Made by a program: the position numbers and the translations under genes
DNA from: Ruditapes philippinarum
Lineage: Eukaryota
Reading direction: 5' to 3'
NCBI RefSeq assembly: GCF_026571515.1
Contig: NW_026864100.1
Coordinates: 62,001-126,000 of the forward strand
Length of the DNA stretch: 64,000 nt
In this document: positions 1 through 14,679 of the stretch, piece after piece
How the letters are laid out: every line of letters starts with the position of its first letter
Position numbering within the stretch: position 1 is the first letter of the stretch
Notes under the pieces: generated by a model
Seen by the model: the letters and a program-made list of their open reading frames with translations, nothing else
What the model was told of the DNA's origin: nothing
Databases searched by the model: none

Positions 1-786
1 CAAATTGTTCCGCATCAATATGAATATAAATCAACCACCTGCTAAGGTCAAATATCTCGCGAGCGATTTTTCAATACGTTCAAAAGCAAAACCCGTTCAT
101 TAAAGCTATGAAAGGTGTAAAAATACAAAAGATGAAGACAAACTGGTTAATAGACCAAGAAACACTTTAATAAAAATAAGTGGTTTCTAATTGAATTATT
201 AAATAAGTATATTATTGTGACATACCTTATTTAGAAAAAAGTGTTAGATATTTTATTTGTTATATTGAACGAATCCAGTAAATGTTATTTAACTATCTAA
301 TTACATTCTTTTAGATCTTAATAATTTATGCTCACAAATTTATTAATAAATCTCAACAATTATTTAATATACACTTATTTTCAGTTATATAGAAGTTAAA
401 TGCATATCAATTTGACTTTACCTTTCGTTCAAGTTTGTTCATTTGGAGCTTTAAAAAAAGAAAATATTCTTAACCATAAATTATTATATTAAGTAAAAAG
501 TTAACTTCTATTAATTGTAACCAATTATTTTATTTTAACACATCACAAATTGATATGTAACTTGTGTTGGTTGTCATGTTTATTCACCTAAGTATCTTAA
601 TGCAATTTTGCAGTATTTAAACTGCGTTAAAGGAAATTGCACTTGAATGTTACATTAAGTTTCATACAATTCGGTGTTTTTGAATACTATATATTGCATG
701 TTGACACATTATTGTGTTATGCACTCTTCATATTCCTACAGAATCACTAGGCTATTTTTTTTTATTTGGCTTAATTACCTAACTTC

Positions 787-905
787 AATAGAATAATGAA
801 AAATAGTATCCCTTAAGAAAGCCCAACACGGCAAAATTGAAAATATTGCAGGCTCGGTGTGATTGAGCCTGTTCATGGACGGTAGTTGTAATTGCAAGTT
901 CATTA
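787..905 (+). mobile_element. Solo end of a dispersed long-TIR family (AGAAAGCCCAACACGGCAAAATTGAAAA..CAGGCTCGG..GAGCCTG); paralog at ~9607-9725
   Basis: Same motif at ~9631, ~42775, ~44843 and inverted at ~58640-58755. Confidence 0.6.
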
Positions 906-929
906 ATCCACTTAAATCAACTTTACTGT

Positions 930-1530
930 CGGATTTGATTATTTGCTCTGTATGACTGTACTGACTCTCATCACGAACATGCAGAGGAATTTTATAAGTT
1001 TAAACTAAATATAAGTTAAGTTGCTGGCTAAATAATAACACTAAAATATTCATTTTTAAATTACACAGAAATGCTCTTGGCACTCACTTTACAGTTATTC
1101 ATCACGAATATTTTTTTTTTGAAATGTAGCAAATCACGTAAAGGTTTAGGCAAACAAAAAATCAAATTCCAACACTCTGAAATATAGGGAGAAAACAAGG
1201 TAGTTCATAAATCTTTTGAAATCTATTACCTTATTGTCTGATTTAGATTTGTTTTGTCTGTGGATACTGACTCTCATCACGAATATGTAGGGGAAGTATA
1301 TAAGTTTTAACTAAATACGAGAAATGTGGCTTCATGAATGACGACACTAAAATATACATTTGTAGATTACACAGAAATACTCTTGGCATTCACTTTACAG
1401 TTAATCATCACGAATACCATTGTGTTTGACTGTTACGAAATGTAGCCAATCGCCTCACCGAAAGGTTTCATGTTGTAGGCAAACAAAATTCAATTTCAAT
1501 CAATCTGGAATCTAGAAAGAAAACAAGGTA
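930..1530 (+). repeat. Local ~310-bp tandem duplication (2 copies)
   Basis: tactgactctcatcacgaa...aaacaaggt occurs at ~958-1201 and ~1266-1530; single copy in the paralog (~9767-10018). Confidence 0.85.
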
Positions 1531-2671
1531 TTCTTATCAGAGATCGAGATCAGTCGTGGGACTTATATAGTATATATCACAGTTAAACCAATGCTTATAT
1601 AAAATTATTTTAGAAAAATCAACTTATAATCATATTCACTGTAGTTATTTCGATAATCGTTTTATTCGTTGCCACAAAAAATAACATGATTTATATATAC
1701 AGGAGTATTTTCCTTCTTTATCTAATGTAACAGTTGCACAGGAAAACTAATTAAAATGTTCTATTTGAATTCAATGTTTCCTTTTTTAAGTGGTTCAATA
1801 TTATATTAACCATACAAAAATGATAAATTCTGCTTTACAACTTTTAGGCAATATAAAATACGAGTAAATTTAATACATTTTTTATTTTTATTATAAAATA
1901 ATCTGTAAAAAGAAATTAATTCCTAACAACATAGTAATTCAAATCTTATCACATCTTATGGTATTTATTAAAATGCACCAAATACATCTAAATTACTCCA
2001 GATAAACGATGCTTTCCTTCCTACATAATATACATTTTAAGCTTCAGGCTACAAGATTAGTGAATAAATATCATTATTATCATGTTTAAATAACAGTTAG
2101 AAACCTAAATTTATGATATCGGCTGTAAAGTCTGTCTGTGAATATGCAACTGCTTTAATTTTGCAGTAATTGCAATGCAAATGAGAACCTTTTATCGCAA
2201 AGAGCTCCACAAAGCCTCAAAATAAAAATAAAAACTTGATAATCTAACGCAGATTATGTTGATCACTTAAACGAGTAAATACCGGTATGTAAAAAGGATA
2301 ATAAGGAAAAAGTCTGACGTAAATTAATTAAATTGATTACCAATATTTAATGAGTTTCTTTGTTCGATTTGAGTTAAACGGATTTAATGGCGTTCTATGG
2401 CGTTTTGTACGAATTTCAACACATTTGGCTTCATTATAAAAGTGGAATGAGCAAATGATCTGAACTGTTGCACATATGCTCTTTGTATAGACCCACAACA
2501 TATGGTATAGGGGAATCCTAACAATTTAATTAAAGTCCTTTATGTCAAAAAACCCTCAGTGGAGTCTCTTTGTAAGAATATTTGCCAGCGTAAAATGAAT
2601 AAGTTAGTATAAGTTAATATAAATAATATTCCTAGTAAGATTTCCTTAAATAATACCTGGTCAAAGTTTAA

Positions 2672-3453
2672 GGTATGGCCATCCTAATGCATTACCTTCG
2701 CATTGAAATGTATTCAAATAGACTAGAACTACTATTGAATACATTGAAACTGAGGGCCTGGGGTTCAAAACCCAGAAGAGTCAACTTTCTTTTCTTTTTT
2801 TCTTTAAACATTTATGTATCTCTCATATCCCTTTTTGGCAGACGAAAATGTTAAATTTTAAGTATTGAATTACCATATAGGTATTTATTGGCTAAATAAT
2901 GCTAAATCTAACAAAAATATGGTACCTCATACTTTGAAAGTGCAGTTATATCAAAAACAGACGGTAGAAGTATTTAATATTTTGCAAGATCAAGCAATAT
3001 ACTTTTGACAAAATTTAGGGAAACTTAAAAATAGGCACTCATTTAAATATATTTTTTTTAAATTAGACTCTCCGAGTAGGAATTTGGTCAAACACATGTT
3101 AAAAATGGGTGTGGTAGGGTAACATTTTTATAAATATTTCATAAGTTTTTGGGAAAAAACAATCATTTTGCTTATGTGGATTATTGGCTGGATGTTTCTT
3201 ATAAAAATTAATGGGAAAACATTGTTTAAAATGATAATATTGTATATTATTTAAAACTTCTTATTTTCATCCTTATTTATGAAAAAGGGCCCTTATAGCA
3301 ACCAAAATTAAATTCAGAAAAGTGGCCATAACTCGACTTCCCAACGGTAAATTTGGTTTAAATTTTACATACAGGTGTCATTTAAGGTGTATGTCTGACC
3401 TATGTTGTCATTTTTTTCAGTTCCTTATAGTGCCCGCTTTGATGGTCATTACC
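2672..3453. mobile_element. Kolobok-like non-autonomous DNA transposon (TTAA TSD)
   Basis: TTAA|GGTATGGCCATC ... GATGGTCATTACC|TTAA. The paralogous right end near 11292 (GATGGCCATACC) is the exact reverse complement of this left TIR. Confidence 0.75.
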
Positions 3454-3889
3454 TTAAACTCATAATTATTACGATATTCGTGATGAGCTATAGTTTATAG
3501 ATACACGGTAATGATTAATTGTACAAAAATCACTTAAAATTGTTTGAAAACCACCGTCAGATAATATAACTATCTCATGCCTAAGGATGTAAACTATTCT
3601 GTGTCATGTGCAGACAGACAAAATTAATAAGCAATTTTGCACTATGTTGTATGCTTTGCAGTGTCGCAGTCCTTATTAAGTTCACACAATACGTTTTGAA
3701 ACAAATCATAAGCTTAATTCATGGAGCTGTAAAATACATGCCTAAAATCTAGTATAGAATAGAATATATCTTATAGTATTATTCTGTTTGATTAATGCTT
3801 TACGATATTATTTGCTAAGTACTCAATGTGCCATGGCTTATATCATATGCAGGATTTCAATTACGAATTGGTTCATCATTTATGATGTA

Positions 3890-4135
3890 TTTTTCTTTGG
3901 TTTTGTCATACCATAACTGTTATGTTAATGTGGTACTCTCCAGCTCTATTTGTGCCTCGGGTGCTGCACTAGTTCAGGCATGAGCTGGCACATAAGTAAA
4001 ACCATCAACGAACCGCAAGCAGGGTGCATTGCTTTCTCACATAAAATAATTCAAATTCCTAGGCGGGATTCGAATCCACAACTGTGTTGGGCTGGTCGTT
4101 AATTTCTTTTACTTTCACAACTCGGCTTTGGCCGC
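3890..4135 (-). mobile_element. Degenerate tRNA-derived SINE (same family as 47651-47921); paralog at ~12008-12255
   Basis: Collinear with the 47.7-kb SINE (tccagct...ttcaggca...agtagaacca...ctcacat...ggattcgaatccaca); B-box remnant on the minus strand. Confidence 0.7.
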
Positions 4136-5438
4136 ATTTATATTATTGTAAGCACAGTAACATCTCCAAAATATGATATATTTAAGGTTTATACTAATGA
4201 TCTATCAAATTTATGGAACAGCGATATTTATAATATACTAGCATTCCATTCAATGAAAATGTAAAATTAATTCAATATTAAGTTCCATGTTTTTTTTTTA
4301 TTTAAGATATTTAGTTTTCACGATGTGTTTCTATAAAATACTTACCTTTTCATATACAAATACTCATAACATATCAAAAATCATATTATTGTTGGATGTT
4401 GTTTGTATACCAGCGTACTCAATTATGAATGAACTATGGAGAGAAGATACAAATCGTAATATTTTAAAAACTTCTTTCTATATCAACTATTAAGGCAAAA
4501 TAACACATTTAATGTATAATTAACAATTTTTTTCTGTTTATGTTTTCATTTTATTAGATAATTTCTTAATTATTAGATTTCAATTATTTCTACACAGCCA
4601 TCAATTACAATTTATAATCTTCTATCATAATAGAAATATTAAGGTTATCATGTATTGTAAATAATCAGATTCAGCAGAATATTAAAGTCACGAACATTGA
4701 GTATTTAATGATTCAAAACACCTGCTTTATGTAAAACTTGGGAAAGTAAATGGGTTTTGTATAACTAATAAGAATATGTTCATAATACATATGAGGCGTG
4801 TCATGTTTCAATAGTTCCTTCTCAATCTATACTAGTTGACTATCATTGTCGAATAATTATTATATCACTATCTCACAATATCTGCCTTTATATGTTTCTA
4901 GAGAGTAATTATGTTTTAGAATTTAACATCATGTTTTGTGCCCAATGTTTTCTGTAAACAGAACAAAATTTTAAAGCAAACACCTATTAAAATCATCTTC
5001 AACTATAAATGTAAGCAACAAAATTTATCTTGTGGATTATCATAAAGAATATATCAAAGCATATTCATATGTTAAAGTCAATTTTGACATTCCTGTGTGT
5101 TTCCAACATAATAAATTGTTCCTACATAGGCAACTTCAGTTCGGTGCATTTTTATATGAACTTATTTATTTCCTATTTATTACACTATTGCAGCGACAGA
5201 TGCTAACTGACTTTAACAAAATTCACTTATAATAGCCTCTTTTAATAATATGTCAGTTATAACTAACATATGGTGTTAACAAATAAACTTTTTTACTCTC
5301 TTTGATGTTGGATTACAGAAAAGTTAACAGTTAAAACTACAGATAATACAGTGTGGTAATAGTTGAACGTATAAATCATCAAAATTTTTCCAAATGTATT
5401 AAACACTGTTTTTTGAGAACGCTGTTTTAATTCTCATC

Positions 5439-7061
5439 TCTAAAATTAATCTTTTTGCTGACGATACCAGTTTACATATTACTGTTGAATACCCTGCTTC
5501 TGCTGCTGAAACACTTCAATCTGATATAGACAAGATATCAGCTTGGGCTAAAAAATGGAGGGTTACTTTCAATCCATCGACGTCTGAATCTATGATTATC
5601 TCTCGTAAAAGAAATAAACCCTTTCATCCTTCACTTCTTATGCATAACCAACAAATAACAACCGTAAACAGTCACAAACTTCTTGGCCTCCACCTTTTAG
5701 ATGATTGCTCGTGCATTGTCACATTAACTATATTACCGAACGAGCCTGGATGAGGATACTTATTATGAAGAAATTGAAGTTTCAGCTTGACCGTAGATCT
5801 CTTGAAGTGATATATTTAACTTTCATTCGACCGAGTTTGGAATACGCCGATGTTGGCTATCTAAACTGCACACAATATGAGAAACTTGAGCTTGACAAAA
5901 TTCAAAATGAAGCGTCTCGTATTGTGTGCGGTGCTACAAAACTTTTATCATTAGATAAATTCCATAGTGAAGTTCCTTGGGAATCCTTAGAATCTCGAAG
6001 AAATAATCATATGCTTATCTGACTTTATAAAATGAAAAATGGCTTAACACCAGATTACTTGTGTTCTTTACTTCCACCTACTGTAGGCGAAAATTCAAGG
6101 TACGATCTACGCAATGCTACAAATATTCAGACTATTCGAACACGAACAACTCTTTAAATGCTTTTCTTCCAACTGCTCTGAATAAATGGAACGCCCTTCC
6201 AACTGAAGTACAAAATTTACGTTCACTGTTCGCTTTCAAATCCCATTTGAGACGAAGCAGCTCTAGTTGTCCGATTTATCTATTTGAAGGCGATAGAAAA
6301 TGGCAGATCTACCATTCTATCGTACTGAATGTAGTTCTCTAAATCAGCATCTATTTAAGAAAAATATTCCCCTATCTCCTCTTTGTCAGTGTGCCATAGT
6401 GAAAAGTAATTACAACTTTTTCTTTGAATGTCAAAGCTATGTTGACAGCAGGACCTCTTTTCTTAACACTATATCTACTATTTGTTCAGCAACTCTCCAA
6501 AAAGTATTAAATGGAGTCCTAAACATTAGTAATGATGCAAACAGAAGACTGTTTGAAGACGTTCATACATCCGAGAAAGCAGGAGATTCTCTTAAGCATA
6601 TTCACATCAGCTCGAATCACTAAATAATTCCCATTTAAATCGTCGAACTATCCGAATGATCCACATTTCAGTTATTTCTTCTTCTTTATTATTTTGCTGA
6701 AAGTTTCTTCTTACATTTCTTTCTATCTTAATTAACGTTATTTCTCTTTAATTTTATATTACAGAATGATGCAGTCTTGTATTCTCATTTCTTTTTTGTA
6801 TATATTTTTGCTTTATATTATAACTAAATGTTAGAAACGATTTTGACTTTAACTTCTTAAAAACAATGTAAAATCAGATATATTTCAAGCAAGTCACATA
6901 TACTGTCATGCCGTATTTTATGCATTGTAAATCTATAAGGAGAAGGCCTTTATAAGCTCAGCTTTCGGACCCAATCCTTTTTCAACATATCATGTTTGTA
7001 TTGTGTACATTACTGTCTGTATATATATTGTGAATTTGTTCGAAATAAACTATGTTTAAAC
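5439..7061 (+). mobile_element. 5'-truncated CR1/L2-group LINE (degenerate ORF2 RT C-terminus and 3' UTR)
   Basis: NLFADDTSL RT motif at ~5448; WAKKWRVTFNP; FIRPSLEYAD; LDKIQNEASRIVCG; WESLESRR. Frameshifts and stops present. AATAAA plus TTTAAAC tail; candidate TSD taa(t/c)tctcatc at 5428-5438 and 7062-7072. Confidence 0.92.
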
Positions 7062-8166
7062 TAACTCTCATCGGATTTAATCAGAACTGTAAAAAGGAAA
7101 TATCATGTCTAAATCGTCATTTATAAAATATAACATGGCATCTGTTTCATAAATTGTCCCAAATGTCCAGGGGGATTTGTTTTATAGAGACTTCAAAGAG
7201 CTTTCTCACCTCTAATATGTTTAAGTTACTGTTTTGTTTTCGAACAAATATTGCAAGTAAAGTAAAATATTTTATGCTAATCCTAGAAAAATGTTCCATA
7301 CTTAACACAAATAAGTTTCGTAGACCTATTATGTGTACATGCTAGACTTGACGCAGTACAGCGGCTGCTTACTCCAGTTTGTGTAGTGCGTTTTAAGCCA
7401 ATAATTTTGTAATCAATTTGGCATTATACTACATATTTATGGACGATCACTTGCACAATTGATAGTTTCTTTAAACCTGTGACATTTAATTCATGTTGCT
7501 GCAGCTTACTCTGACTATTTTTCACATTCTTAAACATTTTTTAAATACAGATACAAATTTTAATGAACAATTATAGATCACTACGATTTGAATTTCTGAA
7601 TTTTGCAAGATCGATTAAGATAGGCCAAAATGATAATTTTCACGTATTTCAGCGTTAAATATTGTCTTAAATTTTATCTTTATAGTGTCAGAGATCTTGA
7701 TCAATCGAAAATAAACTGTATTTACACAAATATAATGTGTTAGTGGTAATTTCATATAGGATAAGAATAATAGATAAGAAGATAAAAGAAGAATAGTGAA
7801 AGTATCAAATTATTTCATTGAAAAAAATGGACAAAATAATTTATAAAACAATACACTCGTAATTAAATGCATAGTGTATTTAAACATACCTTCGGTGTAA
7901 CAATATAACGCTAACTAAAACGCTAACTAAAGCACATTATAATACAGTAGGTAAATACATGCACTGTCAGGAAAACAGACAAGTAAAATCGTCTATCATT
8001 TTCTAACTAGCTTCTAGGTAAACATTTTTAGAAACTTTTTAATATTCATCAATTGGCTTTTAATTCTAAAATGACTAACCAGTCAACTTCCTGTGGTTGC
8101 ATCTAAGGTTCTTCATATCTGATTAACGAATTATATCAAAGTAATATTGCGTATGATAACGTCAAC

Positions 8167-8180
8167 GGGGGGGGGGGGGG
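8167..8180. repeat. poly-G tract (G14)
   Basis: Seen directly. Confidence 0.9.
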
Positions 8181-8403
8181 CTTGAAAAAATGCATTTGTA
8201 ATTAAAGATTAATTTTAAGTGCAAAAGAAAAAGTTCTGTTTTATCTTACTTGTAATATTTTTTTTATCTTATTTTTGCCTATTTCTATTTATCAGGGTAA
8301 TTTTTAACTTAAAGGGAAAATCACGTTTAGCAATTTCTTTGTGTGATTTCAGTTCTCACAATAGAAGGATAATATTATAATTAAGCCGAGTTCTGAATGT
8401 CAA

Positions 8404-11400
8404 CAAATTGTTCCACATCAATATGACTATAAGTACGAATGACCGATGGGAACATTTCAACTTCATGAAATCCCGTTTTCATCTTCGCGAATTCACGATT
8501 TTAACTTCGTGAATGCACGTTTTCAACATACGGAACGTTTTGAATTCATGAAGTTGAAATTGTGAATTCATGAAGCTGAAATCGTGAATTCATTAAGTTG
8601 AAATCTTAAATTCACGAAGTTGAAATCGTGAATTCGTAAATTTTGTCTGTTGAAATTGTGTATTCTTGAAGTTGAAATTGGGAAATGGTGAAGATGAACA
8701 CGACAATTCAAGAAGTTGAAATGTCACCACCGGTCTTTCGTATATAAGTCATTTGCCTGCTAGGGTCAATAGACTCCGCAAATATTTCTCTCGGGATTAT
8801 TTCCATTCGTTCAAAAACAAAAACAATTCACAAAATCTGTGCGTGGTGTGAGATTGCTGACGGAGAAAACGTGTTTATAGCCTTGTTTAACACATTAAGA
8901 TACGCTTTAGTAAAAAAATAAGTGGTTTCTAATTGAATAAAATAGATATTGATATAATTTTTCATAAATAAAATGTAATATATTTTATTTATTGTATTGA
9001 ACGAATCCAGTTGTTATTTAACTACATGTATATCAAATCATTCTTTTAGATCTAAACAATTTATGCTCATAAATTTATTTATACAAGTACAACAAGTATT
9101 TTTAGATATATTAAGTATATATATTAATGTTTAATGCATATCAATTTGACTTAAGCTTTTGATCCAGTTGATTTGGAGCTTTTAACATTATGTATGCCAA
9201 ATGTTACATTGTATTGTATAAAGAGATTAAGTCTGTCATCGTTATTGAATATATTTAAGCAACTTTAACAAAATTACCGTAAAAATATAAATATTATTAA
9301 CCAATCATTATTTTATAAGAAATTAAGTAAAAGTTAACTTCTATTTATTCTAACCAATGATTCTATTTTAACATATGAATGACACAAAATGATGTGTAAC
9401 TTGTGTTGTTGTGTTTAATTATCTAAATCTTTTAATGGAATTTTGCTGTATTTGAACTGTGTTAAAGGAAATTGCATTTGAACGTTACGTTAAGTTACAT
9501 ACAATTCAGGTTTTTTGATATTGCACGTTGACACACTATTGTCTTATGCACTCTTCATGTTCCTAAAGAATCACTATGTTTTTTTATATGGCTAACAACC
9601 TTAGTTCAATAGAATAGAGAAACACAGAATCCCTAAAGAAAGCCCAACACGGCAAAATTGAAAACATTGCAGGCTCGGCTCGGTTTGGTTGAGTATGTTC
9701 ATGGCCGCTAGAGTTAAGTCAAACTTCATTATTCCACTTTAATATCAGATTTCTTTTGTTCTGCATGTACTGAATCTAATCACGAACATGCAGGGGAATT
9801 GTATAAGTTTAAACCAAATACAAGTAAAGTGGCTGAATAAATGATGGCACTAAAATATGCATTTTTATATTACACACAAATGCTCTTGGCACTCACTTTA
9901 CAATTATTCATCACGAATACAATTGTTTTTGACTGTTACGAAATGTAGCAAGGTTTCATGTTGTAAGCAAACATAATTCAATTTCCATCAATCTGAAATC
10001 TAGGAAGAAAACAAGGTATTCTTATCAGAGATCGAGATCAGTCGTGAGACCTTTATAATCCATATCACACTGAAATCAATGTTTGTATGAACTAATTTAA
10101 CATATAATCATATTACATACGCCCTAATGAGAATGTCTTGGAACAAGATCAATATAATTATACCGATAACCGTTTTTCTCTTTGCCAAAAGACATGATTT
10201 ATATATATAACGGAGTATTTTCCTACTTAAAATACTGTAACAGTTGCACAGACATAGGAATTATAATCAAAATATTTTATTTACTTTTCAAATTCAGATT
10301 CAAAGTTTTCGTTTTTAAGTGGTTTAATATTATATTAAAATCATACAAAACTGATAAATTCTTGGTTAAAAACTTTTAGGCAATATAAAATACGAGTACA
10401 TTTAATACACTTCTACTATAAAATAATCTGTAAAAAGAAATTTTATCCTACCAACATAGTAATTCATATCTTATGACATATTATGGTTTATTTATTAAAA
10501 TGCACAAAATCAGTGAAAAAATATCATTATCACCATGTTTAAATTACGGTAAGAAACCTACATTTATGATATCGAATGTAAAGTCTGTCTGTGAATATGC
10601 AACTGCTTTTATTTTGCAATATTTGCAATGCTATTGAGAACCTTTTATTGCAAAGAGCTCCACAAAGCCTCAAAATATAAAACTTGAAAATCTTACGCAG
10701 ATCATCTTGATCACGTAAACGAAAAAAGACAGTATGTATAAAGGATAATAAGGAAAAAGTCTGACTTAAAATAATTAAATTGATTACCGATATGTAGTGT
10801 GTTTCTTTGATCGATTTTCGTTAAAAGGATCTAATTGCGTTTTATGGCGTTTTGTACGAATTTCAACACATTTGGCTTCTTTATGAAAGTGGAATGAGGA
10901 AATGATCTGAACTGTTGCACACATTTACTTTCTGAGTAGGAATTTGATCAAACACATGTTAAAAATGGGTGTGGTAGGGTAACATTTTTATACATATTTC
11001 TTAAGTTTTGGGTAGAAACAATCATTTTGCTTATGTGGATTATTGGCTGGATGTTACATTGTGTTTTTATCGAAAATTAATGGGAAAACATTGTTCATAA
11101 GGATGAAATTGTAGATTATTTAAAAGTTCCTTATTTATGAAAAAGGGCCCTTCTAGCATTCAAAAGTAACTTCAGAGAGGGCCTTAACTCGATCTCCTAA
11201 CGGTAAATTTTGTTTAAATGCATACATGTGTCTTTAAGGTATATGTCTGACTTAGGTTGTCAATTTTTCAGTTCCTTATAGTGCCCGTTATGATGGCCAT
11301 ACCTGAAACTCATACTTATTGCGATATTCGTGATGAGCTTAAGTTTATAGATACACGGTGATGATATAAAAAGATAGTGAAGAAATTTGATAATGTAGCT

Positions 11401-13815
11401 GTTTTTGTCATTTTCCCAATGAATATATTATGAAATGTCATTTTCACTTAAAATGTACAGCTTTGCTCTCTTTCAAGAGCCAATCAACGGCTTTTTTTGT
11501 GATTTTCTTTGGAACTCAACCCCTGACTATTTTATCTATTTTCGTTTATCAATTTTCTTCTTCTGAAGTATTAACCAGATTGGAATATTTATACTTATGC
11601 ATGTAGTTTAATTGATCATGTGTATAATATCGCATTAATTGTACAATAAATCACTTGTTTCAAAACCACCTTCAGATAATATAACTATCTCATCAGCAGT
11701 CATGCCTTAGGATGTAAACTATTCTGTGTCATGTGCAGACAGACAAAAATAATTAGCAATTTCGCACTATGTTGTATGCTTTGAAGTGTCGCATTCCTTA
11801 TAAAGGACACAGAATACGTTTTGAAACAAATCAAAAGCTTAATTCATGGAGCTGTAAAAAACATGCCTAAAATCTAGTATTGTGTGAAGTTGAATAATAG
11901 AAAAAATCTTATAGTATTATTCTGTTTGATCGGTGTGTTTCGATATTATCATGGCTTATATCATATGCAGGACTTAAATTACAAATTGGTTCATCATTTA
12001 TGATGTATTTTTCTTTGGTTTTGTCATACCATAACTGTTATGTTAATGTGGTACTCTCCAGCTCTATTTGTGCCTCGGGTGCTGCACTAGTTCAGGCATG
12101 AGCTGGCACATAAGTAGAACCATCGACGAACCGCAAGCAGGGTGGATTGCTTTCTCACATATAAAAATAATTCAAATTCCTAGGCGGGATTCAAATCTGC
12201 CACTGTGACGGGCAAGTGGTCAACTAGTAGTACTTTAACTACCTGACTTGGCCTAATTAATGTTATTGTAAGCTCTTGTAACATCTCAAAAACATTTATA
12301 TTTTTAAAGTGTATTCTAATGCTCTATAAAACTAAAGTATCGGTTATTATATTATATGTTCAAAGGTAAATTCAGTTTACACTTTCAAATGTTCCTTATT
12401 TAAGACATTTCTTTGTTTCGTGATATTTATCAAGAAAATGCTTACCTATTTAAATGAAAAATACTCATAACATATTAAAAATCAAATAATTGTTATTGTT
12501 TTTTTATAACAGCGTACTCAATAATGAATGAACTGTTGGGACAGGTAAAATCGTAATCTTTTTAAACTTTTTCTCATTTCATAAATTATCAAGGATAAAT
12601 AACTGAATTTCTAAAGGTATACTTTTGCATTAAAATACCTAAATATATTACTATATATTCACCTTATCGCATTTACATAATTGGCAATTCTTCAGTCCTT
12701 GTTTCATTCTATGAGCTATCTTTCTATTTATCATAAGGTAATTATTTTTTACACGGCCATCAATTACCATCTATAATCTCCTATTATCAAAGAAATATAA
12801 AGGTTATCAAGTATCTTAAATTATCAGATTCAGCAGAATATAAAGTTCACGATCATTGAGTATTTAATGATTGAAACACCTGTGTTATGTAAAATTACCG
12901 AACACATGTGTTCTTTAAAACAAATAAGAACATTATCACACTAAAGAAGAGTGGTATCATGTTTTAATACTTCCTCTTCAATCTATATTGTATTTACATC
13001 CAAAATTGAAAGAGGAACATCTGAAGTTGCGTCACAATCAAGGTGAAGAATGTTTATAAAAAGGTCATCGAATAATTCTTACAGCTTTGTTTCACAATAT
13101 CCATCTTTATATGTTTCTACAGGGTATATTCATTTTTTAGAATTTTACATGTAAAATTATATATTTTGTTGATTTACAAGCCAAATGTTTTCTATTATAT
13201 AATAAAGGACATAAATACAAACGGCTATTAAAATCATCTGAAACTATATAATTTTGGAAACAGATCTTTTGGATTATCATAAAAATATATCAAACCATAT
13301 TCATTCTCTAAAGTCAATTTATATCTCCTGTGTGTTTCAAAACATACTTATTTGTTCCTACATAGCCAACTTCCGTTTGGTGCAATTAAGATAAACTTAT
13401 TTATTTCCTAGAACGATGTTGCAGCAGCAGATGCTTACTAATCATATCAAAATTCACGTTTAATAGCCTCTCTTAATGTACTACTATATAATGTTCTCTC
13501 TCTCTCTTTGATGCAGGATAACAGAAAAATAAACAAAAATTTTAAATCATATTGACGCAGCTTACTTAAACCACGACTATTTTTCACATTTCTTTTGCAA
13601 GATGTTACCTTAAAAATTATAGAACATTACGATTTTAATCTCCAAGTAGAGTGAGCTTTGTAAGATGATTTAAAATAGCAGAAAAATGATAATTTTCTCG
13701 TATTTCTGCCCTTAAATTTTCTTAAATTTTATCGTTAAATTATCAGCGACTTTGATACCATTGATATGTTAAACTAAAATTACACATACAAATATAATGT
13801 GTTAAGGATAAGACT
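8404..13815 (+). repeat. Tandem segmental duplication 1, copy 2
   Basis: Paralog of 1-7765 with indels: lacks ~2480-3068 and ~5330-7480; has extra 8434-8742 and ~11365-11632. Confidence 0.95.
8434..8742. mobile_element. IS3EU-type (TAC..GTA, 6-bp TSD) MITE with inverted 21-bp repeat arrays
   Basis: TIR TACGAATGACCG / CGGTCTTTCGTA; TSD TATAAG at 8428-8433 and 8743-8748; empty site in the paralog at ~25; internal GAATTCATGAAGTTGAAATCGT-like repeats in opposite orientations. Confidence 0.85.
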
Positions 13816-14679
13816 GAGTGTAAAAACCATAACACATAATATGTTCAAGAATACATTATCATTTAAGCAATTGATGTCTAGCAAAAGTAAGTAAGATATA
13901 GTACAGACACAACAGTTACTGATAAAAAGTGTTTGAAAAATACATAAATATGAAAGAAAAAATTGTAACAGCTACTATGATACTTGAACTATCAATAATT
14001 GTTTTTACTTACATTCTTCATATACTGGTATTAAATATATTGAAAATGTACATGTATATTTAAATCTGATATAACATCCTAAGTTTTTTAATATGAATTG
14101 TCATAAAGTATATTAAACGAATAATTCTGATATTGCAAGTTGTTTGCTTAGCTTTTTTTTGTTTTTCGTCTATTCACTGATACATCCTACTTACCCTTAT
14201 TGTATATACCAGTTCACATCTTGGAAAGAAAATGCTTGCTTGTTATGTTTCTATGTTGTATTAAGTCATCACATAAATAATTTTATGTTAATGTGTCGTA
14301 TAGACGATAGATGAGAAAAGGATTAAATTACGAGGATATAAATATATATTCAGTAAAATGGCTTTTTTCCATGAAGAGATATGTAGAAACATTGGAGTTA
14401 CGTTCTATGGTTGTAAAAATCAACAACAATTAAATCTACATATGTAACGGTTTTTCCCGTCAAGATAAAAACTAATTTGTCAAGCTGTCCCTTGGTGTTC
14501 AACCCGAACATTTCTTTTCCGAAAGATAATTCATTAAATTGCCTGTTTGTTAAAGATAACTGTTACACACTATATAAACAAACACATCAGAAATGCATTA
14601 AAACATGATTCCCAATCACGTCTTGTTTGCTTTCGTAGTATCATTTACCAATATCGACAAGACTTGATATTGTCTTCTA

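Larger units (their letters stand above)
1..7765 (+). repeat. Tandem segmental duplication 1, copy 1 (continues left of the window)
   Basis: Collinear matches to 8404-13815, e.g. caaattgttcc at 1/8404, aaacaaggtattcttatcagagatcgagatcagtcgtg at ~1521/~10010, gcagcttact..gactatttttcacatt at ~7500/~13557. Confidence 0.95.
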
